DNA of 64,000 bases from an uncultured Coriobacteriia bacterium (GTDB lineage Bacteria > Actinomycetota > Coriobacteriia > Anaerosomatales > JAAXUF01), in contig CAVSCC010000011.1 in assembly GCA_963726345.1 (NCBI GenBank), positions 55,605 to 119,604 of the forward strand, read 5' to 3'. Of the stretch, positions 24,470-33,653 are shown one piece after another. The notes beneath the pieces were generated by a model. It ran no database searches, had not been told where the DNA came from, and saw only the letters and a list, made by a program, of their open reading frames with translations. Position 1 is the stretch's first letter, and each line of letters opens with the position of its first letter. The translations under genes and the position numbers were made by a program.

Positions 24470-25141
24470 CTATCCGTTCCAGAGGTAGCCGACGTTGCGC
24501 ACCGTCTCGAGTCGGCGAGACAGCTCGACACCGATCCGCGACCGGATCCGCCTGACGTGGACGTCGACGGTGCGTGAGCCTCCGTAGTAGTCGCTGCCCC
24601 AGACGCGGCGCAGGAGCACCTCGCGGGAGTACGTGCGCCCCGGATGCGTGACGAGGAACGCGAACAGCGCGTACTCGAGGTAGGTGAAGTTGATCGGCTC
24701 GCTGCCGAGGTACGCCTGGTAGGTGGCCAGGTTCAGGGTGAGGTCGTCGAGCCGGATGAGCTCTTGCTTGGTGACCTCTTCGCCGGGCCACAGCAGCGTG
24801 CGCACGCGCACGGCAAGCTCGTCCGAGGTCGCGCCACGCACGAGAAAGTCGCTCGGCACGCGGACGGGAAGCCGAACGCCCTGCAGGCCCTCGGGTTCGA
24901 TCAGGACGAGCAGCCGCAGGTCGGCACCTCCGGCCGCGGCGTGCTCCACGAGTTGGCCGAGCGCGTCCGGCGAACGGCCGCCGTCGAGCAGCACCAGGTC
25001 GACCTCACCCTCGAGAAGGCGCTTCTGCATCTCGCTTGGTACGCACTCCGACAGCTGGACATCCAGGCCACTTACGGCCTGCGACGCCCAAGCGCGGGAG
25101 TGCACGTCATCGGAGACGATAAGAACTCGTTTCATGTGCAC
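24470..25141 (-). CDS. glnR: OmpR-family orphan response regulator, GlnR-like
   Basis: The winged-helix C-terminus (LTLNLATYQAYLGSEPINFTYLEYALFAFLVTHPGRTYSREVLLRRVWGSDYYGGSRTVDVHVRRIRSRIG...VRNVGY) closely parallels actinobacterial GlnR as I recall it. The receiver domain is atypical. No cognate kinase is adjacent. It lies directly downstream of glnA. Confidence 0.6.
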   Translation of the reverse strand: MHMKRVLIVSDDVHSRAWASQAVSGLDVQLSECVPSEMQKRLLEGEVDLVLLDGGRSPDALGQLVEHAAAGGADLRLLVLIEPEGLQGVRLPVRVPSDFLVRGATSDELAVRVRTLLWPGEEVTKQELIRLDDLTLNLATYQAYLGSEPINFTYLEYALFAFLVTHPGRTYSREVLLRRVWGSDYYGGSRTVDVHVRRIRSRIGVELSRRLETVRNVGYLWNG

Positions 25142-25253
25142 GATGATACCCTCTCCGTCCGGGGTGCCGGTTCGGATGCGAGCGACGCCGGACGAGGGTC
25201 TCCCCCGCCCGGCGTCGTTGCCGTGACAGTGAGCGCGTTACGTGCGCGCTTGA

Positions 25254-26591
25254 CTAGATGACAGACAGGTACTTGTCGAGCTCCCACTCAGTGACCTGCA
25301 TGCGGTACTCGTCCCACTCCGCACGCTTGTTGGCGACGTAGAAGGCGTGGATGTGCTCGCCGAGGACTTCCTTCATGAGCTCCGAGTGCTCGAAGAGGTC
25401 GATCGCCTCGCCGAGCGTACCCGGCAGGATGTTGATGCCGGCGGTCTCGAGCTCCTCGTCGCTCATGTGGAAGATGTTGTTCGTTGCTTCCGGCATGAGC
25501 GGGAGCTTCTCCTCGATGCCCTTCAGGCCAGCGCCGAGCATGCAGGCGAAGGCGAGGTAGGGGTTGGCCGAGGGGTCCGGTGAGCGCAGCTCGAGGCGAG
25601 TGGCGTTCTCCTTGCCGGGCTTGTACATCGGCACGCGGACGAGCGCCGAGCGGTTGCGGCGGGCCCAAGCGATGTAGACCGGAGCCTCGTAGCCGGGAAC
25701 CAAGCGCTTGTAGGAGTTGACGAGCGGGTTGGTGACCGCAGTGAACTCCGGCGCGTACTTGAGCAGGCCGGCGATGTAGTGCTTGGCGACCTCGGACAGG
25801 TTGTAGCCCTGCGGATCGTTGGCATCGAAGAACGCGTTGCCGTCCTTGCTGAAGAGCGACTGGTGAACGTGCATGCCCGAGCCGTTCTGACCGAAGATCG
25901 GCTTCGGCATGAAGGTGGCGTACACGCCGTTCTGCAGCGCGATCTCCTTCACGACCAGGCGGTAGGTCATGACGTTGTCGGCCATCGACGTGGCGTCGCA
26001 GTAGCGCAGGTCGATCTCGTGCTGCGAGGGGGCGACCTCGTGGTGCGAGTACTCGACCGGAATGCCCATCTTCTCCAGCGTCAGCACGGTCTCGCGACGA
26101 AGGTCGCTCGCGATGTCGAGCGGCGTCAGGTCGAAGTAGCCACCGTTGTCGAGAACCTCGGTGTCCTGATCGTCGGCGAAGTAGAAGAACTCGAGCTCGG
26201 GACCGACGTACATGGTGAAGCCCATGTCGGCGGCCTTGTCGGTCATGCGGCGAAGAGCGTAGCGAGGATCGCCCTCGAACGGCTCGCCGTCAGGCTTGAC
26301 GATGTCGCAGAACATGCGGCCGACGCCCTGCTCGGTGGGACGCCAGGGAAGGACCGCGAACGACTCGGGGTTCGGGATCGCGATCATGTCGGACTCTTCG
26401 AGGCGCGTGAAGCCGTCGATGGAGGAGCCGTCGAAGCCCATGCCCTCCTCGAACGCATTCTCGAGCTCGGTATCGGTGACGGCGAACGACTTGAGCATGC
26501 CAAGTACGTCGGTGAACCAGAAGCGGACGAAGTGCACGCCGCGCTCTTCCACGGTCTTGAGGACGTAGTCCTTATCGAACGTCGGTGCCAT
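25254..26591 (-). CDS. glnA: Glutamine synthetase, type I (alpha-like, 445 aa)
   Basis: Intact ORF: VHFVRFWFTDVLGMLKSF..., GFDGSSI, PKPIFGQNGSGMHVHQSLF, NRSALVRVP. Confidence 0.95.
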   Translation of the reverse strand: MAPTFDKDYVLKTVEERGVHFVRFWFTDVLGMLKSFAVTDTELENAFEEGMGFDGSSIDGFTRLEESDMIAIPNPESFAVLPWRPTEQGVGRMFCDIVKPDGEPFEGDPRYALRRMTDKAADMGFTMYVGPELEFFYFADDQDTEVLDNGGYFDLTPLDIASDLRRETVLTLEKMGIPVEYSHHEVAPSQHEIDLRYCDATSMADNVMTYRLVVKEIALQNGVYATFMPKPIFGQNGSGMHVHQSLFSKDGNAFFDANDPQGYNLSEVAKHYIAGLLKYAPEFTAVTNPLVNSYKRLVPGYEAPVYIAWARRNRSALVRVPMYKPGKENATRLELRSPDPSANPYLAFACMLGAGLKGIEEKLPLMPEATNNIFHMSDEELETAGINILPGTLGEAIDLFEHSELMKEVLGEHIHAFYVANKRAEWDEYRMQVTEWELDKYLSVI

Positions 26592-26672
26592 ACCAGCCTC
26601 CCTTTCGTGGCGCGCATCTGCGTGCCGTCTTGAGGATTACCTGTGCGTACTACCCAAGCCTAGCCGAGCAAT

Positions 26673-26688
26673 GTTTCGGAAGTGTTTC
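26673..26688 (-). promoter_or_regulatory. GAAAC-N6-GAAAC direct repeat, candidate GlnR-type box upstream of glnA
   Basis: The minus strand reads GAAACacttccGAAAC about 82 nt upstream of the glnA ATG. Distance and orientation match the amt site. Confidence 0.4.
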
Positions 26689-26723
26689 GCTTTCCGCGGA
26701 TCCTGCACGAGTCTCGAAAAGTC

Positions 26724-26758
26724 GTAGACGGGGCGGGCTCGATCCCCGCCCCGTCTAC
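26724..26758 (-). terminator. Rho-independent terminator after the glt operon
   Basis: 14-bp perfect stem GTAGACGGGGCGGG/CCCGCCCCGTCTAC, followed on the minus strand by GACTTTTCG. It lies 27 nt after the GltB3 stop. Confidence 0.6.
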
Positions 26759-26784
26759 CCAGGGTGACCGCAATGCGTGGCCCG

Positions 26785-27604
26785 TTACAGGTACGTGTAC
26801 AGCTTCCCGTAGGGCCGGTGGCTGACCGGAACCAGCTTCGTGAACGGCTCCGAGAGCACCTCGTCGAGGTCCATCCCCAGCGCCTCGCAGTACTCGGCGA
26901 GCACCGGCCGAATCTCAGCCATGTCGTCCTCGTTGGCCGAGAAGACACCGACCTCCTTGCCGCACTGCCACGGCTCGACCTCGCCGCGCAGGTAGATCGC
27001 GCCACCGTGCATTCCGGTGCCGAGATAGCCGCCGACCAGCGGCCCCTCGAGGCGCGAGTTCATCCCCAGCAGGATCAGCAGTCCGCCGGCCATGTACTCG
27101 CCGAAGAAGTCGCGCGCCTTGCCTCCGCACACCATGATCGGCCGCAGGTCCTCGTAGGCCTTCATGTGTATTCCGACGCGATAGCCGACGTCGCCGCTGG
27201 ATGAACACCTTGCCGCCGCGCATCCCGTAGCCGAGAACGTCACCGGCGTCGCCGTGGATCACGACCTTGCCGGCGTTCATCGTGTTGCCGACGCCGTCCT
27301 GTCCGTTGCCGAACACCTCGACGGTCGGACCGTCCATGAACATCGCCATGTCCTGCCCGGGCGTCCCGTGAACCTCGATCGTGAGGTCCTTGCCCTTGAT
27401 GCCGGTGCCGATGTAGCGCTGGCCGTTGACGTTCTCCAGCACGACCTTCTTGACGCCATCGGCGAACGCCGCCCGAATCGCCGCGTTCATCTGCTTGTAG
27501 TAGACGCTCTGGACGTCCAGCGTGAGCACGTCGCCCTCGCGCTTGCCGGAGGGCTCGGTCTGCGAGTATCCCTCGACTAGACCCTTGGTTTTCGTAGCGG
27601 TCAC
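26785..27604 (-). pseudogene. Glutamate synthase GXGXG-domain subunit (GltB3-like), one frameshift near 27200
   Basis: GTG 27604 follows a GGGGAGGG RBS. ORF 26915..27694 carries VVLENVNGQRYIGTGIKGKDLTIEVHGTPGQDMAMFMDGPTVEVFGNGQDGVGNTMNAGKVVIHGDAGDVLGYGMRGGKVFI. It continues in ORF 26785..27243 with GDVGYRVGIHMK...GGLLILLG...GTGMHGGAIYLRG. Confidence 0.8.
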
Positions 27605-27620
27605 AGTAGTCCCTCCCCTT

Positions 27621-29133
27621 CTACAGACCCGCGGGCTTGACGCCCAGGATCTCGCAGGTCTGAGCGTCGAGCCCCACGGCACGCAACCGCTCACGGCTGC
27701 CGCGCAGGGACTCCACCGCGTTCACGCCCAGCGCGCCGAGGATCTCCTGCAGTTCGTGGCTCCACGCGTGAACCAGGTTGACGAGCCGCTCGGCGCCCCA
27801 CTCGGGGTCGACTCGGCGGGTGAGCTCCGGCCTTCTGCGTGGTCAGGCCCCACGAGCAGCAGCCGGTGTGGCAGCCCTGGCAGAGGTGACAACCCAGCGC
27901 CATCAACGACGCCGAACCGATGGCCACGACGTCGGCACCGAGCGCGATCGCCTTTGCCGCATCCGCCGAGGAGCGGATCGAACCGGCGGCGATGATCGAG
28001 GCTTGGTTGCGGATGCCCTCGTCGCGCAGACGCTGGTCGACGACCGCGATCGCGATCTCGAGCGGAATGCCGACGTGGTCGCGGATGATCGCGGGGGCCG
28101 CACCGGTACCGCCCTTGAAGCCATCGAGGTAGACGTAGTCCGCGCCGGCCCGAACGATGCCCGACGCGATCGCGCCCACGTTGTGGACCGCCGCGATCTT
28201 GACGCCCACGGGCTTGTAGCCCGACGCCTCCTTGAGGGAGTAGATGAGCTGCCGCAGGTCCTCGATCGAGTAGATGTCGTGGTGCGGCGCCGGGCTGATC
28301 GCATCCGAGCCCTGCGGGATCATGCGCGTGGTGGAGACTTCCTTGTTGATCTTCTCGCCCGGCAGGTGGCCGCCGATGCCCGGCTTGGCGCCCTGACCGA
28401 CCTTGATCTCGATGGCGGCGCCGCGCTGCAGGTACTCGGGCGTGACGCCGAAGCGGCCCGACGCGACTTGGACGATGACGTTGTCCTGGTAGGGATACAG
28501 GTCGGCGTGCAGTCCGCCCTCGCCCGTGTTCATCAGCGTGCCGAGACGCTCGGCGGCCATCGCGAGCGACTTGTGCACGTTGAGCGAGACCGAGCCGTAG
28601 CTCATCGGCGAGAAGATGATCGGCGTGTCGAGCTTGACGTTGTTGGCGATGCCCGCGCCCTCGGAGAGCCTGAACCCGCCCTTGCCGTCGGACTCGACCT
28701 CGACGCTGTCGGGCTTGCGGCCCAGGTAGGTGCGCAGCTCCATCGGCTCGCGCAGCGGGTCGATGGACGGGTTGGTGACCTGGCACGCGTCGAGCACCAG
28801 GTGGTCGAAGATGCTCTGGTAGGGCTTGTCGTTGCCCATGCCGGTGAGCATGACGCCGCCCGACTCGGCCTGGCGCCAGACGTTCTTGCGCTGCTCGGAA
28901 GACCAGTTGGCGTTCTCGCGCAGCGCGAGGTCGTTCTTCTTGATCGTGATGCAGTGCGCGGGGCAGTACGTCACACAGCGGTGGCACGCGCGGCACTTGA
29001 TGTCGTCGGGGAACGGGCGCTCGTTGAACGAGTACACGCCCCAGCCGCACTGCTGCACGCAGCGGCCGCACTTGTGGCACTTGTCGTAGTCGATCTCTAC
29101 CTTGAACTCAGGTTGCATGAGGCTCGTCGGCAT
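27621..29133 (-). pseudogene. Glutamate synthase FMN subunit with N-terminal 2x[4Fe-4S] ferredoxin domain (archaeal GltB2 type), one frameshift near 27830
   Basis: Motifs: CHKCGRCVQQC...CRACHRCVTYCP, then KVGQGAKPGIGGHLPG, YLDGFKGGTGAAP and CQGCHTGCCSWG. After the shift the frame continues ELTRRVDPEWGAERLVNLVHAWSHELQEILGALG... to TAG at 27621 (checked by hand). Confidence 0.85.
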
Positions 29134-29136
29134 CGG

Positions 29137-30411
29137 TTATCCCACCTCGACAATCTCGCAGGAATCGTGCACGCCGGTGACGGCGCAGCTGACTTCGCCC
29201 GCCGAGAGGTGCAGGTCGCCGTGGATCGGCCAGTCCATGCCCTTGACGCGGGCGATGACCGGCTCACCGGCCTTGGGGGCCCAGACGCGGTCGGGCGCGT
29301 CGAGCACCTCGCGCATCGCGCTCTCTTCCGAGGCGACCATGATCTTGGTGCCCTGCTGTGCGGCGACCAGCGGCCGCAGCTTGATGCGGTCGTTGAGCGC
29401 GACCATGCCGCCGTTGAAGCCGAGCACGATCGCGAACGGCCCGTTGAGCATCGCGGGACCGTAGACCGCGCGCAGCGAGCGCATCACGGCCTGCTCCTCG
29501 GCGGGCATGCGGTCGATCTCGGTCCAGAGCGGGCTCGCGAGCGCCTTGCAGGCGAGCTCGAGGGGGAGCTTGTGTCGGCGAAGCATGAGGTCGAACAGGT
29601 ACGCGGCGACTTCGGTGTCGGTGCCGAGCGTGCACTTGTAGCCGAACGCCTCGAGGTAGCGGCTGTTGATGCCGTAGCTCGAGATCTCTCCGTTGTGCAC
29701 GATGGCCCAGTCCAGAAGCGTGAACGGGTGCGCGCCGCCCCACCAGCCGGGGGTGTTGGTCGGGAAGCGGTTGTGGCCGATCCACGTGTGCCCGGCGTAC
29801 TCCTCGAGCAGGTAGTAGTGGCCGATCTCCTCGGGGAAGCCCACGCCCTTGAACGCGCCCATGTTCTTGCCGCTCGAGGAGACGAACGCCCCGTCGACGC
29901 TGCCGTTGATGAGCATGACCGTGTGGACGACGAAGTCCTCAGGGGTCATCTCGCTGTTCTCGAGCTTGTGCGGGTCGGGCTGCAGGAAGTAGCGCCACAG
30001 GATCGGCGCGTCGCTGATGCCCTTGACCGCGCGCGTCGGCATCGGCTCGGCGAGGTCGACCGTGAAGTACTGGTCGAAGACAGCCTCAGCCTCTTCCTTA
30101 GCCTTGATGTCGTGATACATCATGTGGAAGCAGAAGTGGTCGGGGAACTCCGGGTAGATGCCGTAGCCCGCATATCCCCCGCCGAGCCCGTTGCCGCGGT
30201 CGCGCTGGACCGCCATCGCCTTGATGGCCTCGACGCCGCTCATCAGCTCGCCGGACTCGTCACAGATGCCCATGAGGCCGCAGCCTCCGTGGATCTTGTA
30301 GGCGGCCTCCTCGGCGTAGCGCGGGCGCACGCCGAGGCCGGAGTCGTCGCGGACGGCCGCAGGGCGCGTCGTCGGCATCCGGTCCAACAGTGGTTCGTAC
30401 GCCATGATCAC
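29137..30411 (-). CDS. Class-II (Ntn) glutamine amidotransferase subunit (GltB1-like)
   Basis: 424 aa: GGCGLMGI..., RDRGNGLGGG, HNRFPTNTPGWWGGAHPF, HNGEISSYG. The GTG/ATG start overlaps the stop of the Hdr-like gene. Confidence 0.8.
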   Translation of the reverse strand: MIMAYEPLLDRMPTTRPAAVRDDSGLGVRPRYAEEAAYKIHGGCGLMGICDESGELMSGVEAIKAMAVQRDRGNGLGGGYAGYGIYPEFPDHFCFHMMYHDIKAKEEAEAVFDQYFTVDLAEPMPTRAVKGISDAPILWRYFLQPDPHKLENSEMTPEDFVVHTVMLINGSVDGAFVSSSGKNMGAFKGVGFPEEIGHYYLLEEYAGHTWIGHNRFPTNTPGWWGGAHPFTLLDWAIVHNGEISSYGINSRYLEAFGYKCTLGTDTEVAAYLFDLMLRRHKLPLELACKALASPLWTEIDRMPAEEQAVMRSLRAVYGPAMLNGPFAIVLGFNGGMVALNDRIKLRPLVAAQQGTKIMVASEESAMREVLDAPDRVWAPKAGEPVIARVKGMDWPIHGDLHLSAGEVSCAVTGVHDSCEIVEVG

Positions 30412-31748
30412 TCATCTCCTTCGCATGATTCGCAGCGCGCCATGATGCGCGCCATCGCGTCGCCGCCGCTCTCCGGCAGCGGGGACAGTCCGAGCTTCCT
30501 GCGCGCGCCCTCTTTCGGCTGGCCGAGAGACCCGGTGTCGAGAAACATCTCGTAGGACTTGCGGACCGACTCCGGGCCGGTTCCTCGCTCGATCGCGATC
30601 TCCTTGAGCTTGCGGAAGACCTCGGCCATCCCGATGTCGGAGTGGCAGAGCTCCTGGCACGTGTAGCACTCGAGGCACTTCCAGAGCGCACCGTCGGCGA
30701 TGACTTCGTCGAGCTCGCCGCGTACGAGCTGGTTGATGATGTCGTTGGGCTGGAAGGTCGGATCGACCTTGCACACCGGGCAGTCGTCCTTGCAGGCACG
30801 GCAGCTGTCGCACTTGTTGAGCATCGCGACGTCGAAGTCCAGAGCCAGGCGGGCCTTGTCGGCGGAGCGGTCGGCCCACTTGTCGAGGAACGGCTTGACG
30901 CTGACCCGGTGCATGTCCATGCCGAGCTCCTCGGGCTCGTGGCCGTAGGCCAAGGCGATGAGCTCCGAGAGGTAGATGACCGGCACGTTGACGTTCTCGT
31001 TGGCTCGCTGGAGCGCCGCCTGGTTCAGGTCGAACTGCTGGAAGCAGCTCGGGCACACCACCACGAGCGCGTCGACGTCGTGATTCTGCAGGTCGTGAAG
31101 CTTGCGTCGGCAGAAGGCGAGCGAGGAGTCCCGCTCGCCGACACGGTCGAGGGCGCCGCCGCAGCACTGCATCTTGGTCGGGTAGTCGACCACCCGCGCA
31201 CCGAGCGCGGTGACCAACTCCTCGACCTTCTTGGGATGCAGCGGATCGTCCCACCGGACCGCCGGCTGCGGACGCAGCAGGTGACAGCCGTAGTGAACGG
31301 CGATCCGCATGCCCCAGAAGTTCTTCTTGGCGCCGCTGGCGATGAGGCCGGCACCCATCGAGTCCGAGAGCCACTCGGCGAAGTGAAGAACCTGGAGGCT
31401 GCCGTCGTAGTGCAGGTCCTCTGCCGCCAGGCGCTCGTTGATGACGTCCTTCTCGCGCCAGTCGGTCTTCAGGTGGCTCTGCGCTTCCTTGAACGTCGAG
31501 TAGCAGCCGTTGCACGGCGTCACGACGTCGAGACCGGCCTTCTCAACGATGGCGAGGTTACGGGCCGCCGCGGTGTAGAACGCATCGGGATCGTTGGCCT
31601 TGACCAGCGTCCCCTCGGGACAGCACGTGTGGCCCGGCAGCTCGGCAACCCGAGCGCCGAGATCGTCGAACATCACCCGGGTCGCCTTCTCGATGAACGG
31701 GAACCGCGCGGGGATCGTGCACCCCCAGAAGACCGCGAACTCCTTCAT
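30408..31748 (-). CDS. HdrB-HdrC fusion protein (two CCG domains followed by a 2x[4Fe-4S] HdrC-like domain)
   Basis: From ATG 31748: MKEFAVFWGCTIP..., TCCPEG...CNGCY, then HYGCH...QCCGG...CPSCF (HdrB pattern). This is followed by CDSCRACKDDCPVC...WKCLECYTCQELCHS (HdrC pattern). Confidence 0.8.
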   Translation of the reverse strand: MKEFAVFWGCTIPARFPFIEKATRVMFDDLGARVAELPGHTCCPEGTLVKANDPDAFYTAAARNLAIVEKAGLDVVTPCNGCYSTFKEAQSHLKTDWREKDVINERLAAEDLHYDGSLQVLHFAEWLSDSMGAGLIASGAKKNFWGMRIAVHYGCHLLRPQPAVRWDDPLHPKKVEELVTALGARVVDYPTKMQCCGGALDRVGERDSSLAFCRRKLHDLQNHDVDALVVVCPSCFQQFDLNQAALQRANENVNVPVIYLSELIALAYGHEPEELGMDMHRVSVKPFLDKWADRSADKARLALDFDVAMLNKCDSCRACKDDCPVCKVDPTFQPNDIINQLVRGELDEVIADGALWKCLECYTCQELCHSDIGMAEVFRKLKEIAIERGTGPESVRKSYEMFLDTGSLGQPKEGARRKLGLSPLPESGGDAMARIMARCESCEGDE

Positions 31749-31900
31749 GTGACTCGCCTTTCGTTGTGAACTCGCCGAAGAGAACGAAAAACGCCCGCTC
31801 AACCCCCTACTCGGGGCCGGGCGAGCGACTCTGCTCGTCATCTTCGATTCAGCACGCCGTTGTGCTGCCGGGAGATTGTATCACGCGCGAGGCGCGAGGC

Positions 31901-31916
31901 GAAACATCGCGGAAAC
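31901..31916 (+). promoter_or_regulatory. GAAAC-N6-GAAAC direct repeat in the intergenic region upstream of the hdr-glt operon (inverted relative to the operon)
   Basis: The plus strand reads GAAACatcgcgGAAAC, 153-168 nt upstream of ATG 31748 and directly beside the terminator of the preceding gene. Confidence 0.3.
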
Positions 31917-31919
31917 GAA

Positions 31920-31947
31920 GAGGAGGGGCCGAACGCGGCCCCTCCTC
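31920..31947 (-). terminator. Hairpin terminator after the FMN GltS-like gene
   Basis: 11-bp stem GAGGAGGGGCC/GGCCCCTCCTC with a 6-nt loop, followed on the minus strand by TTCGTTTCC. It lies 25 nt after the stop at 31972. Confidence 0.5.
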
Positions 31948-31971
31948 CACCAAACATCGTCGTCGAGGGAG

Positions 31972-33564
31972 CTACCCCTCGATGATCCGCATCGCCTCGT
32001 CGCGATATGCATCGGTCACGAAGGGAATGCCGGAGATCTCGGCGGCATCCCGGGTGAGCGCCATGAGGTCGCTGCGGCTGATCGTGTTGAGTCGCATGTT
32101 GCGCGAGCCGCTCATGAGCTGCTGCAGCCCCACCTTGATCTTGTCGGAGTAGGTGTAGATTCCCAGCGCACCCATGGGGAACTTGTCTGCCTCGTCACCG
32201 TACTCGGCCTTCAGCGTCTCGTAGGTCACGAATATCTCTTCCTTCGTCGTACCGAATGCCGAGACCGACTTGGGAAGGTCCTGCTCCTTCATCCACAGCT
32301 CGATGTTCTTGCCGACAAACCCCGGGATCATGAGCGCGCGGCCCATGCACACGGCCTTGGCGTGCGGCGCACCGAGCGCGAGGACCTTGAACACGTGGTC
32401 CTCGGTGGAGAAGCCGCCCGCCATCGCGATATCGGGAACGAACGCGCCCTGCGACGCGAGCTTCTCGAGCAGCTCGTTGGCCATGCACTGGAGATAGAAG
32501 GTCGGGACGCCCCACTCCTCCATCATCCGCCACGGGCTCATGCCGGTTCCGCCGGGAGCGCCGTCTATCGTGAGGAGGTCGATCTTGGCGTTGCTGGCCC
32601 ACTTGATCGCCATGGCCAGCTCGCGCATCGGGTAGGCGCCGGTCTTGAGGGTGACCCGCTGAACACCCAGATCCCGAAGTCGCTGGACCTCGGCGTAGAA
32701 CCCTTCCTCATCGACGAAGCCGAGACGGCTGTGGCGCTCGAACTGGCGGATAGCGCCGTCTGCAAAGGCCTTCTGGATCGCAGGATCGGAAGGGTCGGGG
32801 GTGACCAGGTAGCCGCGCTTCTGCAGCTCCAGCGCGCGGTCCAGGCTGCCCACCTTGATCTCGCCGCCGATGCACTTGGCGCCCTGGCCCCACTTGAGCT
32901 CCATCGTGGTGACACCGAGCTTCTCGACGCAGTACTCGGCGACTCCGAGGCGGGTGTCCTCGACGTTCATCTGCACGAGGATGTCGCCGTAGCCGTCCTG
33001 CTGATACCGGCGGAACAGCTCCACCCGGCGCTTCATGTCGGGTGCGTTCGCGACCTTGCCGTGTTTGTCCAGCTCAAGGTCCGGGTCGATGCCGCAGACG
33101 TTCTCTCCGCACACGATCGAGACGCCAGAGATGGCAGCGCCGACGGCGAAGTGCTCCCAGTTCTTGCGGGCGATCTCGGTCGAGCCGAGCGCACCCGTGA
33201 AGATCGGGACCTTCATCTTCACCTTGTTCGTGTGGCCGAATTCGGTCTCGGTGCTCACCATGGGGAAGAGCGTGTTGTCCGGGTTCCCTTCCACGCCGTC
33301 GGGCAGCCCCTTCGCACCCAGCGCATAGCCCTGGATGTTGAGATGCGAGTAGTCGATGGGATAGTCCTTGTCGCCACCGGCAGTGACCTCGCCGAACGGA
33401 CCGGGGTAGATGACCTCCCGACCGCGGAACGACGACTTGAAGACCTCACAGTTGCCGCGGCACCCATCGACGCAACGAGCGCACAGCCCGGAGCCGGGGA
33501 CAACATCCTTCGAGCGATTCGCCGTCTGTGTGGCGTCGCTCCCCTTGGGACACTGCAGATTCAT
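31972..33564 (-). CDS. FMN-binding glutamate synthase family protein (second GltB2-like paralogue, no ferredoxin domain)
   Basis: From ATG 33564 (MNLQCPKG...): CARCVDGCRGNC, then KWGQGAKCIGGEIK, IDGAPGGTGMSP and MAGGF. The ORF is intact. Confidence 0.8.
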   Translation of the reverse strand: MNLQCPKGSDATQTANRSKDVVPGSGLCARCVDGCRGNCEVFKSSFRGREVIYPGPFGEVTAGGDKDYPIDYSHLNIQGYALGAKGLPDGVEGNPDNTLFPMVSTETEFGHTNKVKMKVPIFTGALGSTEIARKNWEHFAVGAAISGVSIVCGENVCGIDPDLELDKHGKVANAPDMKRRVELFRRYQQDGYGDILVQMNVEDTRLGVAEYCVEKLGVTTMELKWGQGAKCIGGEIKVGSLDRALELQKRGYLVTPDPSDPAIQKAFADGAIRQFERHSRLGFVDEEGFYAEVQRLRDLGVQRVTLKTGAYPMRELAMAIKWASNAKIDLLTIDGAPGGTGMSPWRMMEEWGVPTFYLQCMANELLEKLASQGAFVPDIAMAGGFSTEDHVFKVLALGAPHAKAVCMGRALMIPGFVGKNIELWMKEQDLPKSVSAFGTTKEEIFVTYETLKAEYGDEADKFPMGALGIYTYSDKIKVGLQQLMSGSRNMRLNTISRSDLMALTRDAAEISGIPFVTDAYRDEAMRIIEG

Positions 33565-33653
33565 GCGTCGTACCCCTCCCCTGTATCGATGCTCCCCGCG
33601 CATTTGCGGATGGGCCATTTATGCGGCATCTTGAGTGATATTGCAATCTGTAC

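Noticed and set aside
27778-30555. 925-aa plus-strand ORF
   Set aside because: It is antisense to GltB2/GltB1, which have clear family motifs on the minus strand. The product is low-complexity R/A/D/V-rich sequence and a high-GC artefact.
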